This document shows positions 53,086 to 64,000 of a stretch of 64,000 nucleotides of DNA, one piece after another. The first letter of the stretch is position 1, and each line of letters starts with the position of its first letter. Position numbers and translations under genes: made by a program. Under the pieces are notes generated by a model. It did not search any database. It saw only the letters and a program-made list of their open reading frames with translations, and had not been told where the DNA came from. This DNA comes from Saccostrea cucullata (lineage: Eukaryota), in contig NW_026939872.1 in assembly GCF_032062105.1 (NCBI RefSeq), positions 1-64,000 on the forward strand. The letters are read 5' to 3'.

Positions 53086-53750
53086 TGTAACCGAGCAGTA
53101 AGGCAGATGTTATGTTATCATAATTTATTCAGGAAGTAAAGGCATTGGTCTTAAATAAACAAAGTACATAATAAGTCAAAATTACAAAAATCGAGAAAAG
53201 AAAATAACATATGAGATAATTTACCTACAGTATACGTTTAAGAAAAATGAACTCTATGAAAAAAATGTGTTCTGTAAACAATTCAAATTGAAATCTTAAA
53301 GACTCATTATAATTTCAGTTACAACTTTGAATGCAAAAATACAATAAAGTAAAAGGTTTGCAATCAAAATAATAATGTAAATCAAATCTTTATATGGCAA
53401 TGAAACACATAATTAAATGTACAAGTTACATACCATAAGATGCATATGATGGACAGGGGATTTAAAATATACTTCTTTCTGGAAAACGTATACTGCTCTG
53501 ATATACAAAGTAAAGCGCGGTAAATTTATAATTATAATGAAAATGTATTATTGGATGAAAAAATAGGAAATAACCAATCAAATGAAAGAGCCAATGAAAT
53601 CATAGAATAAAACTTTACTCAGACAACTCAATCCAGGTGCGCAATAGAACTTTTGGTTAATCAAATTTTAAGATTATATTTCTCAAAACGATATGAAAAA
53701 ATAAATAAAAACGAATAAATACATATAGAAATAGATTTCATAATATCACA
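53086..53750 (-). repeat. 5' LTR (665 bp)
   Basis: TGTAACCGAG...ATATCACA, adjacent to the PBS. Confidence 0.95.
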
Positions 53751-54539
53751 TATGTATATCATCATGTCAACCCACCATGATGTGCCCGATTGCTACCTCT
53801 TCTTAGATTTATTCTTCTTTACAAAGAACTTTAAACGCAGTATCAAAGTAATCTGCTACCTCCTTGCCCTCACAAAGATGAAATAACACTTCTCCACCCA
53901 TACCCATCAATACTAGTTAGACTAGCACATCAACATCGCAGGAGCCAGGTACATCTTTCCACACTTTGAAGGAAAACGAAGAGGATATACTCGTTTCACT
54001 AAGGCATGATCATGAAATGCACATCGAGTTCTTGAAATGCAAAATTCACAACCAGGTATGGATGGCAATAAGCACTAAAATAAATTAAAACGTCATATAG
54101 CACCATCACAGGCTGCATAAAAAATGTCATATAGCACCATCACAGGCTGCAAATAAGTACAATAGTTTAAAGACTATATAAATATAATAGCAGTGCCCAT
54201 GTTTTGCTGTGGGAAAATCAAAATATGTGTTGAATCAAAATGTAAAAGAAGATGCACAATAGCAATACATGTATGTTATAAAGATTCTGTGATGGTTTCA
54301 TCAAAATTCATTCAGTGGTATGAGAGGAGTTGCGGATAAGTGATGAGTACCCCCCAGCCTAGCAGACGGACGGACAGACAGACGGACGTACAGAGAGTCG
54401 CAGGGGAAACCTAGAGTAGAGGACTGATAATTTTTTAATTGATATTAAACGCGCAATAACGTAAAGAACACTTTCTCTTTCACTGTTACTTGCACATTAT
54501 ATTTTCTTTTCTCCCCATTTGGTCTCACATTCTCCCTTT

Positions 54540-54850
54540 CCTCGTGTCTGTTCTTCCATGCATACACCCACACCTGCTATCCCTTAGTATTATCCTCATT
54601 TTCAAACTCTATTTGCTTCAGTTTGCACTTGCATTTTTCTCTATACACACATTCTTTGGTTGGAAGGTGGCAACAAATTTGCTCACACAATTCTCTCATA
54701 GACTTTTTCGTGATAATTTTGTTTTCCCTCAAGCGATCCATCATATACTGCATGTTTGCGTGCAACTTGCAGTCGTAAACGTCTCTTTGTTCACATTTTG
54801 GATCAATGATCCAAAAAGATTTTCATCTACAAAATGAAGAGTATGAGCAA
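54540..54850 (-). pseudogene. Probable DNA transposase relic (Cys/His-rich segment)
   Basis: SYSSFCR*KSFWIIDPK..RDVYDCKLHANMQY..ICC..CVYREKCKC resembles transposase-associated FCxxxPFW..RxTCxCxxHxN motifs. Family not determined. Confidence 0.35.
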
Positions 54851-55335
54851 TTAACAGATGTATATGTAGCGCAAAATGTTCTGTTTCTTGTAAACGTTAA
54901 GAACACTTTCTCTTTCACTGTTCCTTGCACATTTTTGGAAGAGCATCTTTCGTTATCAAAACTACGTACATGTACATAATTCATTGGTTTAATACCCCGG
55001 AGCAGAGAAGAAATGTTTTTGACGAAACATTGTATTTTCACCGTATAATCAAAATTACCCCGCCCTAATATCACTAACCCCAACCCAGGGGCCAGAAAAT
55101 TAACAATTTTGAAAGAGAAATACTTCCTCATTTTAACTATATACTTACTTAGTTTAATACCCAGGATCAAAGGAGATTTTTAAATTATTGTATTTTATTG
55201 TATTTTCACTATATAATCAAAGGATATTTTTATATTATTATATTTTCACAATATAATCAAAAGTTCCCATTTTACATCAAAACCCCTGACTAGGAGCCAT
55301 GAAATTCCCAATTAACGATGAGGCATCTTCCCTAA

Positions 55336-55675
55336 TTCACGGTAGCTCAGTCGGTAGAGCGCTCGCTCTGTGATCGGGAGGTTGTGAGTTCGCATCTCGG
55401 CCGCTACCGACCTAGTCGTTAAAATGGGTAGCAACTGTTTCTTCGCCATGCGCTCGGCACTTCGAAGTGAAAGTTGCGGGTCTTTCGAAAAGAATCTTAA
55501 AAACCGAGGCCCCGTGTCAGCGGCAGGCGTTGGCACGATAAAGATCCAACACTGCTCAATGGCCCTGAGTGCCGAGTAAAGGTCAAAATTTAAAGCCTTC
55601 ACCGGCATACGGTGACGTCTCCATATAAGTGAAAAATTCTCGAGTGGAGCGTTAAACAATATACAATCAATCAAT
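55336..55675 (+). mobile_element. Near-full-length tRNA-derived SINE (Meta + Deu/Nin domain, BivaMD-like)
   Basis: A box TAGCTCAGTCGG, B-box-like GTTCGCATC, central AAACCGAGGCCCCGTGTC..GGCACGATAAAGATCC, (CAAT)n tail. Confidence 0.85.
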
Positions 55676-56459
55676 CTTTCCTAACCATAACTATGTACTA
55701 AGTTAGCTTGTTTTAGACCCAGGAGCAGAGAAGAAAATTTGAACCTGAACCCCTGACCCAGGTGTCATTAAATTAACATTTTTTGTCCTGTTAACTTAAA
55801 AGATTTCAGGAGGGACCGAAGTGAGTGAGAAACATCAGGTTCTTTGACCCCGGAAAGGGAATTTTACCGCTGGCCCCAGTGAGCAGAGCTCGGGAGGAAT
55901 TCCGGGCGAGGGAAGCCAAAGACCTGTGTGGTCCGCTTGTCAGAAGCCAAACCATGGCTCTTGACCAAGAGGTTAGGCTGTCCTGAGGAGAAAATGTATT
56001 AATCACTGGAAGATTGTGGGGAAAACAGTCAGTCCCATCCGTTGAAAAACATACACTGTAACAAACACGTACAGTTGTAGAATTGAACTATGTTGATTGG
56101 AACAGTGACAGGGTGAAGTTATGTTAATATTTACTATCAGGACTCATTGGAATCAAATTCAAAAGGCCACCATTTGTATTACCACCTTCCGGTTTGTCGG
56201 TTTGGAAGTGGCAAGAAAAACAAAGTTAACAGACACCTAAGATGCCAACGAAGAAGGTGTGTTCCCCCAGACCAAATGGGTAAGAAACATCAGGTTCCTT
56301 GAGTTGAGCTCGGGAAGTGTTCAGGGCGAAGGAAGCTGAAAGGAGAAGGAAGGAACCACAGACCTGTGTGGTCCATCTTCCAGAAACCAAACCGTGACTC
56401 GTAATCAAGAGGGAGGGAATGTGTTGATCACTGGAAGACTATGGGAAAATTCTTCTCTA

Positions 56460-56630
56460 CCCAAAGTGCATGGCGGGTGTGACCGGTCGGCAGGGGATGC
56501 TCACTCCTCCATGGCACCTGATCCCACCTCTGATGTTTCGGAGGTCCGTGTTTGCTCTGCTCTTATTTTGTATATTTGTTTAATGGACGTTGAGATTGAA
56601 TACTGTTCGTTATTTCCATATCCTTCATCT
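56460..56630 (+). mobile_element. Isolated 3' tail of the Penelope-like element
   Basis: GGCGGGTGTGACCGGTCGGCAGGGGATGCTCACTCCTCC...GGAGGTCCGTGTTTGCTC. Confidence 0.65.
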
Positions 56631-57099
56631 ATCAGAATAGATTTGATCAAGATCGCACTTACATTAAAGTGTTGACAATATTTTTTTTTTTTTTATTTCA
56701 GAAGTTGAAAAATATTTAATTTCTTGCTAATGAGAATTTAAAATTCCTGCCATTAAATTTTATGCATCATTAAATGTTTAATTTTTTAATAAATGATATA
56801 ATCATTTATATCTTAAGAAGGGGGTTATATACATTTAGGCTTTGTAATTAAATAGTATTGTATCAATATTGCTGTTTTAATACATATTATTTTGTTGGGC
56901 ACATGGTAGCAAATACTATTTAATTCACGATCCAATGCAATATTTCATACACATGTACATGTATACCACAATGTTATTACGCATATATGATTATCACAAT
57001 GATGCTAAGAATTTACAACAATAATAGAATTAATAAAAAAAAACTGATGTCGAATAAATCAGGAACAGGTTAATTGACAAATTAGTTCAGGCCAGCGTC

Positions 57100-57520
57100 A
57101 TAATTTGAACAAACTTGAATCTACACTACCTGAATACGTTTCCATAAAAATATGATCATTCATGGTTTTGCTATTCATCAAAGGTTTTTTAAAAAGAATT
57201 TTCCTATACATTTCTATGTAAAACTTTGATCAGTCATTGTGGCCCCGTCCTACCCCTGGGGGTCATGTTTTAAACAAACTTGAATCAACACAATTTGAAA
57301 ATGTATCCATAGAAGTTTTAATTTCCCTGGCACAGTGGTTCTTGAGAAGATTTTTAAAGACTTTTCCTAAATATTTCTTTGTAAAACTTGGTCGGCCATT
57401 GTGGCCCCGCCCTACCCCGGGGGTATTGATTTGAACAAACTTGATTTTACACTACCTGAGGATGATTCCACATGAGTTTCATCATTCATGGCCCAGTGGT
57501 TCTTGAGAAGAGTTTTTTTT
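57100..57520 (-). repeat. Decayed 166-bp Cg170-type satellite units
   Basis: TTTGAACAAACTTGAATCTACACTACCTGA is the reverse complement of part of the unit in 20340-21250. Confidence 0.75.
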
Positions 57521-58455
57521 TTAAGAATATGATTTCACATAACCAGGGCAGCCCGAGTGCAATTGAAAAAGGATTGACAGAATTGTCCTCTCATCCCTTT
57601 GATAACTCATAAAAATTACATCTCTCTCATTTGGTCGACCATTGGAGAATAAAGCTCTGCAACAAGACTTGGAAGACATCTTTAACAAGTAAAAGAAAAA
57701 ATCACAGAAATAAGCCAACCTTGGCAGCACGCAATCAAACGAAAGTTTTAACAAAACTGTAGCATCTTTTAGGCTCTAAAGAATCGTCTATTTAGCAGAA
57801 CCATAACCTACAGAGAAGCTGCAATTGTGGTACAAAAAATATTGGTCAAGGCTATCTGATGCAAGTAAGCAATATTACACATTTGGTTAAAGCATTTTTA
57901 TTCGATTTTAATGTCATTTGTTTCTCTATCTAAGGTATATGAAGCCGAAAGAAACTATTGCCAAATAGAAAAAGAACTACATGTACTTGCTTTTGTCTTC
58001 GGGTGCTTGAAATATCACCAATATATCTATGGGATATCACGCATCAACATCGAAACTGACCATAAACCATTAGAAAGTTTATTTAAAAAACCACTTGTGA
58101 CAGCGCCTCCTATAATCCAAAGAGTGATGCTACGCATACTTGTTTAAGATTTAAATTGTAAGGTATAGTCCAGGCAAAGAACTTTATATTGCCGACACCT
58201 TAAGCAGAGCAACAATGAAGCACGACGAGAATGAAGACAAAAATGGAAAATTCAAAAGACATACCCTGGAATATTTGCCTTTAAACGAAAAGAAACGATA
58301 AACGATGTTAAACTGCAACAATTAAAGCAAGTTGTCTTGGACTGATGGCCGGGCTCTAGAGCCGAATGTCAAGAAGCTGTTAAACCTTACTGGAATTACC
58401 AAGATGAAATCGGATATTACGATGGATATGTGACGAGAAATAAACGATTGTACCC

Positions 58456-58652
58456 TGTAGTGTAAACATAGTCCGCAATGATTGAATGAAAGCTGATTGG
58501 CATACATGATATATGATATGGGTGTAGTATGGGAGTATGAGAACCTATAGAGAGCGGACACAATTTGTATTTCATGTAGCTGGATGTGGTTTGTAGCAGA
58601 ATAAATATATGTATATAACGAACCCTGTGTTAGGTTATTGTCCAACACAACA
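58456..58652. mobile_element. Solo LTR (197 bp) inserted in the Gypsy relic
   Basis: TGTAGTGT...ACACAACA ends, internal AATAAA, 5-bp TSD TACCC. Removal restores IVPDSLRPDML. Confidence 0.85.
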
Positions 58653-59276
58653 TACCCGACTCATTGAGACCGGACATGCTAACACAACTGCATAATACAC
58701 ACGTGGGACTGGAAAAGACCAAATAACGAGCCAGAGATATTTTGTTTTGGCCAAGAATTAATGCCGACATTACCGAACTTAATACAAGTTGCGGAGTGTG
58801 AAATCAATTTAAAAATAAACAACAAAGAGAGCCATTACTTCAACATTGAATACCTTGGCAAAAAGTCGGAACGGATTTATTCGAGCTTGATCGGCAAAAT
58901 TACTTTATAATTGTGGATTACTTTTCAAAATTCTTTGCAGTAGCAAAACTTACATCAACAAAGAGCTCAAACGTTATCAAGAAATTAAAAGAATTTTTTC
59001 AAGATAAGGGATACAAGAGAAATTTATGAGCGACAACGGACCACAATTTTCAAGCGAAGAATTCAGGAAACTTTAAATGAATTATGATTTCAAACACTCA
59101 ACAATTTCACCGCATTATCCTCAGTCAAATTGAATGTAGAACGGACCATACAGACCGTGAGGAAAATTATGAAGAAGGCCAAATTCGATAGAAAAGACCC
59201 GTACGTTAGCTTTTTGGAATTGCGAAATACACCAATAGACGGAAATTTTAGAATCGTCATCTCAAATATTGTTTGG

Positions 59277-59283
59277 CGTCTCC

Positions 59284-59314
<31 letters not shown>

Positions 59315-59336
59315 ACAATATACAATCAATCGAACA
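59277..59336 (+). mobile_element. Very short 3' SINE fragment inserted in the Gypsy relic
   Basis: CGTCTCCATGAGTGAAAAATTCTCG..ACAATATACAATCAATC flanked by TGTTTGG repeats. Confidence 0.7.
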
Positions 59337-60961
59337 ATGTTTGGGCGAATAACTAAAACTCTTATTTCATGTATTACCAGAATAATTGAAGCCAAACACC
59401 ATAAATAAAACTCAAGACAAATTACACGAAAGAGCAGCAATCCAAAAACAATATTACGACCGAAATATCAGACAAATGCCTGAATTAAAAACAGGTGACG
59501 CTGTGCGATTCCGGGAAGGAAAGATGTGGAAACCGGCAGAAAACTTTTCTGTGTTAAAATTGTAGCATCTTTATATTTTGTGCATTTTGTGAAGTAATAG
59601 TTTGTATGTGGTACATGCCTGCGTGTGCGTGTGTAAAGGGAGGGGGGCAGGGTTGATATGAATGATGAAACATTTGAGATTATTTTTCCACTCTTTGGAA
59701 AGGTCTGAAAAGTTGCAAATGATCCTCCCCTCCCCGTTTGACATTAGCTCGAGACCTTTTAACTGTTGAAATGTTCATTGAAACCCAACAGTTTTTATTA
59801 ATGCAATTCATGTAGTAAGATTGTGAAAAAGTAAAAGTACTGAAAGATGTTGGACTTTGAACAAAATTGTCTTTTGTATTTTTCGCTTGTCAAACTCCTT
59901 TTAAATAAGTATTATGTAGGAAACCCCCTACACACACACACTTTCAAATACGATTCTACGTCATTGCTATGTCAGCGATTTTCGTGAATAAGAGACTGAA
60001 AATGACTTAATAACCTGTTTTTAATTAAAAAAAATCAAAGGCCTGAAGGGCCTGCGAGTTGACTCGCTCGAGTCAATTGAGCTTTTTCATACATCTGGGC
60101 ACCATACCTTAATATATTCAGTTTATTTTGCATCTTAAGAGATTGAATATTATATGTCTGATCCATGTTCGGTTCATAAATAAAGTGTATATTGCTTTTC
60201 CTTAATAAATACAGGTTGGCACTAATGGGCTTCCGTATTATTTTGACTGGATTCTATAATTTCAGCACATTAGCTGAAGTGGTCAGTGTTATGGAATAAT
60301 TAGATTAAAGATTCCCACAGCAAATCTGGATTCTAAAAATAGATTTTCAACAACAACTAACTGCAGCTAATGAGAGCAGCAGGTGTTTGTGTTAGGGAGT
60401 ATTCTAGGTCAATTATAAATAAACTTCAGATGGGAAGATTAGATCCGCCTTACAAGTTTGAACATATTCATACGCAGTAATTGTACATGTTACAGATATT
60501 TAATCAAAAATTTCTTTAAAAGCATGAAGGTATAAATAATGTTACAGTAAGGAATTTTATACAGTTTTTACCTCTTAAGTTTATACAAACACTCAAACCA
60601 AAGCATGTATTGCTAGAACTATTATCTTTGGCGTATGAATCACCTTGATGAATGCGTGAAAATTTTTACAGCTCTGAAACGGTTAACCCTCTGAAACGGC
60701 TATGTCGACAGGGAGTAGCTCGCTACGCGAGCCAATTCAAAAAGGATTTAATATCAATAAAATATATCGTTTATGATGAAAAGCATGTATTTGAATTGAT
60801 TAAATATAAAATAATATATTCCGTTTTCCGTCCCGCGCTTTAGCAACACCCCATTGACACTGACGCGCTTCCAAAATTCCAGTCAAAAATGTTGTAATCG
60901 AACAAAGGGCAACAAGGTCGCGCTGCGGAGTACAAATAAATCGTCCTAAGCGTTAAATCCA

Positions 60962-61308
60962 TGATTGATTGATTGTATATTGTTTAACGTCCCTCTCGAC
61001 AATTTTTCACTCATATGGAGACGTCACCGTATGCCGGTGAAGGGCTTCAAATTTTGACGTTTACTCGGCACTCAGGGCCATTGAGTAGCGAGGGATCTTT
61101 ATCGTGCCAACGCCTGCCGCTGACACGGGGCCTCGGTTTTTAAGGTCTCTTCCGAAGGACCCGCAACTTTCACTTCAAAGTGCCGAGCGCATGGCGAAGG
61201 AACAGTTGCTATCAATTTTAACGACTAGGTCAGTCGCGGCCGGGATACGAACTCACGACCTCCCGATCACGGATCGAGCGCTCTACCGTCGAGCTACCGT
61301 GAACGGTG
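60962..61308 (-). mobile_element. Full-length SINE, same family as 55336-55675
   Basis: Reverse complement match over the whole length; flanked by the imperfect direct repeat GCGTT(A/T)AATC. Confidence 0.85.
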
Positions 61309-62009
61309 CGTTTAATCGAAGAAATGTGAATGAGCAAAAGGTAAAGTTGGGTTCCAACGGAGTTAAGTGATCGTAACCTCTAACTCCACTAAGAGACATT
61401 TTCTTATGTATATTTGCGATAAATTCTACTGCTGCTAATTGTTGGTGTATCTGACAATTATTTTAATTAATGTCATATATATGGGAACTGCTGAAACAGA
61501 TTGTTTATCTTAAAGGGCCGGGGGGAGTATAAAGATTTTGAAAGGTTTTCTTTATTTACTTCGATATTTACAGTGCAGGGAACTAATTATGTTACATAAA
61601 CCAGCATCAGGATCAGCATAAGTAGGATCAGGATAGAACTAGCATCAGCATCAGCATTTCAAAAAACAGCATTACTTGGATCAGCATCAGCAAGCAAAGG
61701 ATAGAACTAGCATTGACCAAAGTTAAAACAAACAAAGGAAAGTCATTTAATACAAATAACAAATAAAAACTAGACCTTATTTTTGTCGTTCAACAAAAAC
61801 GGAGGGCTTTTCGACCCCTGAAAATTAAGGAGCTTAAAGTGAATAGGTTATTACATAATAACATTTCAAAAGGTTCATTATGCTTCAAGTGATATCAATA
61901 ATGAAACATTACAAGTCACTATATTCATCAACAGCTACTCAAAGAGATATAACTCTTTCACGATTATTCAAAAAATGCAACAAAAAACCCGACTGTTTTT
62001 CAATTCACT

Positions 62010-63480
62010 AATGGACATTGCATGATTTCAAATTTAACTGAGAAATCTCCATAGTCAAATTTAATGTACTTATAAAACCGGAAATACTGCACATACCCAT
62101 ACCAAAATTGAAACATAAGGAGCATATAAGACCCCAAACAGGTTGACAAAGGGAGTTAACTCTTGCTCAAATATTTTTGAAAATACTTAAAAATACAAAA
62201 TTTCAGGTGTCTAAAACACGTATAAGGGATCAAAAAATGACCCCACGGACCATAATTTTTAAATTGCTCTTTTTATGCTGAACTCAAAACCGAAATCAGT
62301 TTGACGATTGAAGGATAAATAAAACAGTTATATACAAAAATCGATTTTCCGTACTGACCCCTAAAATCCCTTTTATTTTGAGAAATTTTATTTTCATGAC
62401 CTTACCACCCGAAGGCAATACTAAAGTTATTATTCATGTGAAATATCACAAGACTCGCTTGCTTCCCTTTGAAAATAATGGACATTGCATGATTTCAAAT
62501 TTAACATGGAAATCTCCGTAGACAAATTTTATGAACTTATAAAACCGGAAGTACTGCACATATCCATACCAAAATTGAAACATAGGGAGCATATAAGACT
62601 CCAAACAGGTTGACAAAGGGAGATAACTCTTGCACAAATATTTTTGAAAATACATAAAAATACAAAATTTCAGGTCTCTAAAAAACCCATAAGGGGTCAA
62701 AAAGTGACCCCACGGACCATTATTTTTAAATTGTCCTCCTTATGCTCAACTCAAAACCGAAATCAGTTTGAAGTTTGGTGGATAAATAAAAAAGATAAAT
62801 ATATAAAAGTATTTTCTGTACTGACCCCTAAAATCCCTTTTATTTAAAGAAATTTCATTTTCATGACTTAACCACCGGAAGGTAATACGGTAGTAATTAA
62901 TCATGTGAAATATCATGAGACATGCTTGCTTTCCTTTGAAAATAATGGACATTGCATGATTTCAAATTTAACATAGAAATCTCCATAGGCAATATTAAGG
63001 TACTTATAAAACCGGAAGTACTCTACATATCCATACCAAAATTGAAACATAGATGGCATATTAGACTCCAAACAGTTTGACAAAAGGAGATAACTCTTGC
63101 ACAATTATTTTTGAAAATGCTTAAAAATACAAAATTTCAGGTCTCTAAAAGTCCTTTAAGGGGTCAAAAAGTGACCCCACGGACCATAATTTTTAAATTG
63201 TTCTTCTTATGTTGAACTCAAAACTGAAATCAGTTTGAAGATTGGTTTATAAATTAAAAAGTTACAGGGCAAAAACGGTTTTCAGAGTTGACCCCAAAAA
63301 ATCCCTAAGTTTTAGGGATTTGGTTTTCATAACCTTTTCCCATGAAGACAATGCTGAATTAGTTATCAACTATAAATATTATGAAAATTGCTTGCTTTTT
63401 TCTTGAGATAATGGAACACGCATGATTCGTTTATAATATAGAAACTCCCATAGACAATTTAAAAGACATATAGAACCGGA
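62010..63480. repeat. 467-bp tandem repeat (~3.2 units), probably the internal array of a Helentron-like element
   Basis: AATGGACATTGCATGATTTC at 62010, 62477 and 62944, with a decayed copy at 63410. AACTAG plus hairpin end near 61768. Confidence 0.85.
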
Positions 63481-64000
63481 GGTTCTGCTCTGATGGACAT
63501 GAAACTTACCTTACAGCCTTTTGTTACGTTGATTTACAATTTTTAACCTTCGAAATAAATTTCCTAAGTTGTTTTCAAAATTTTACTTTTCAATCCCCCC
63601 TTTTCTTAATTTTGGAGCCCTATAACACCAAAATATACCATAGGTGCAAAACCACCAACGATGACTTTTTTGTAGATATTACTTTGAGGAATATATTCCT
63701 AAATTATGAACCAAATTGCATGTAAAATAAGGAAAGTTTTAGGCTTTAGAGAAATTTTAGTTTCTGACTTATAAATACCGGAAGTGATGTTTTCGGAAGT
63801 ACAAAACCTTACTTACGCGAGACTTTTAGATATGCTGTCTAATGATGTTGTTATAAATTGCATATCTCCAATGATGTTCTGTAAAATCCACCTGTGACGT
63901 CATTCTTTTGTTTAAGCGCTCCATTATTTTTAAGGAATGGAGAGTTGCAAATTACATTGAAAACGGAATTTGTTATGGTCTTTTTCTCCTTTCCGTGCCT

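Larger units (their letters stand above)
47430..53750 (-). mobile_element. Full-length degenerate Gypsy/Ty3 LTR retrotransposon
   Basis: Two TG...CA LTRs; 4-bp TSD TATG (47426-47429, 53751-53754); PBS TGGCGCTGCGAG; domain order gag-PR-RT-RH-IN. Confidence 0.95.
57935..59540 (+). mobile_element. Second Gypsy relic (RNase H-integrase, Mag/K02A2.6-like), no LTRs found
   Basis: ERNYCQIEKE, ETDHKPLE, HNTHVG..FWP..CGVC, PWQKVGTDLF..IVDYFSK, SDNGPQF, SPHYPQSN. Confidence 0.85.

Noticed and set aside
55336-55410. tRNA genes (also ~6860-6945 and ~61235-61305)
   Set aside because: A/B boxes are present, but they continue into SINE bodies or tails and lack a proper acceptor stem.
55312-61370. ORFs 55312-55674 and 61104-61370 as a small protein family
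   Set aside because: Both are antisense translations of the same SINE family.

Overview
This is AT-rich, repeat-dense animal genomic DNA, most likely from an oyster (Ostreidae). That assignment is inferred from the 166-bp Cg170/HindIII-type satellite inside Helentron-like elements and from Meta/Deu-domain SINEs. The only host genes are two convergent (tail-to-tail) paralogues with an NLR-like architecture: DZIP3-type HEPN domain, short helical linker encoded by 42-nt and 24-nt micro-exons, nSTAND3-type P-loop NTPase, and ankyrin array. Copy 1 (+, 3795-11850) is intact apart from one extra A in an A7 run. Copy 2 (-, 22682-~15910) keeps its first three exons but its last exon is broken. The rest of the window is mobile DNA. 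The main element is an 11.4-kb transposase-less foldback element (34721-46104) with ~3.7-kb inverted arms carrying 120-bp tandem arrays and a 9-bp TSD, inserted into the TIR of a PIF/Harbinger-like MITE. Also present are a full-length degenerate Gypsy element with both LTRs, a second Gypsy relic interrupted by a solo LTR, a Spy-like element at AAA|TTT, an internally deleted mariner, several MITEs, HINEs and SINEs, and Penelope-like fragments sharing a structured 3' motif. All coordinates, splice models and identities were read by eye; family names come from remembered motifs, not database searches.
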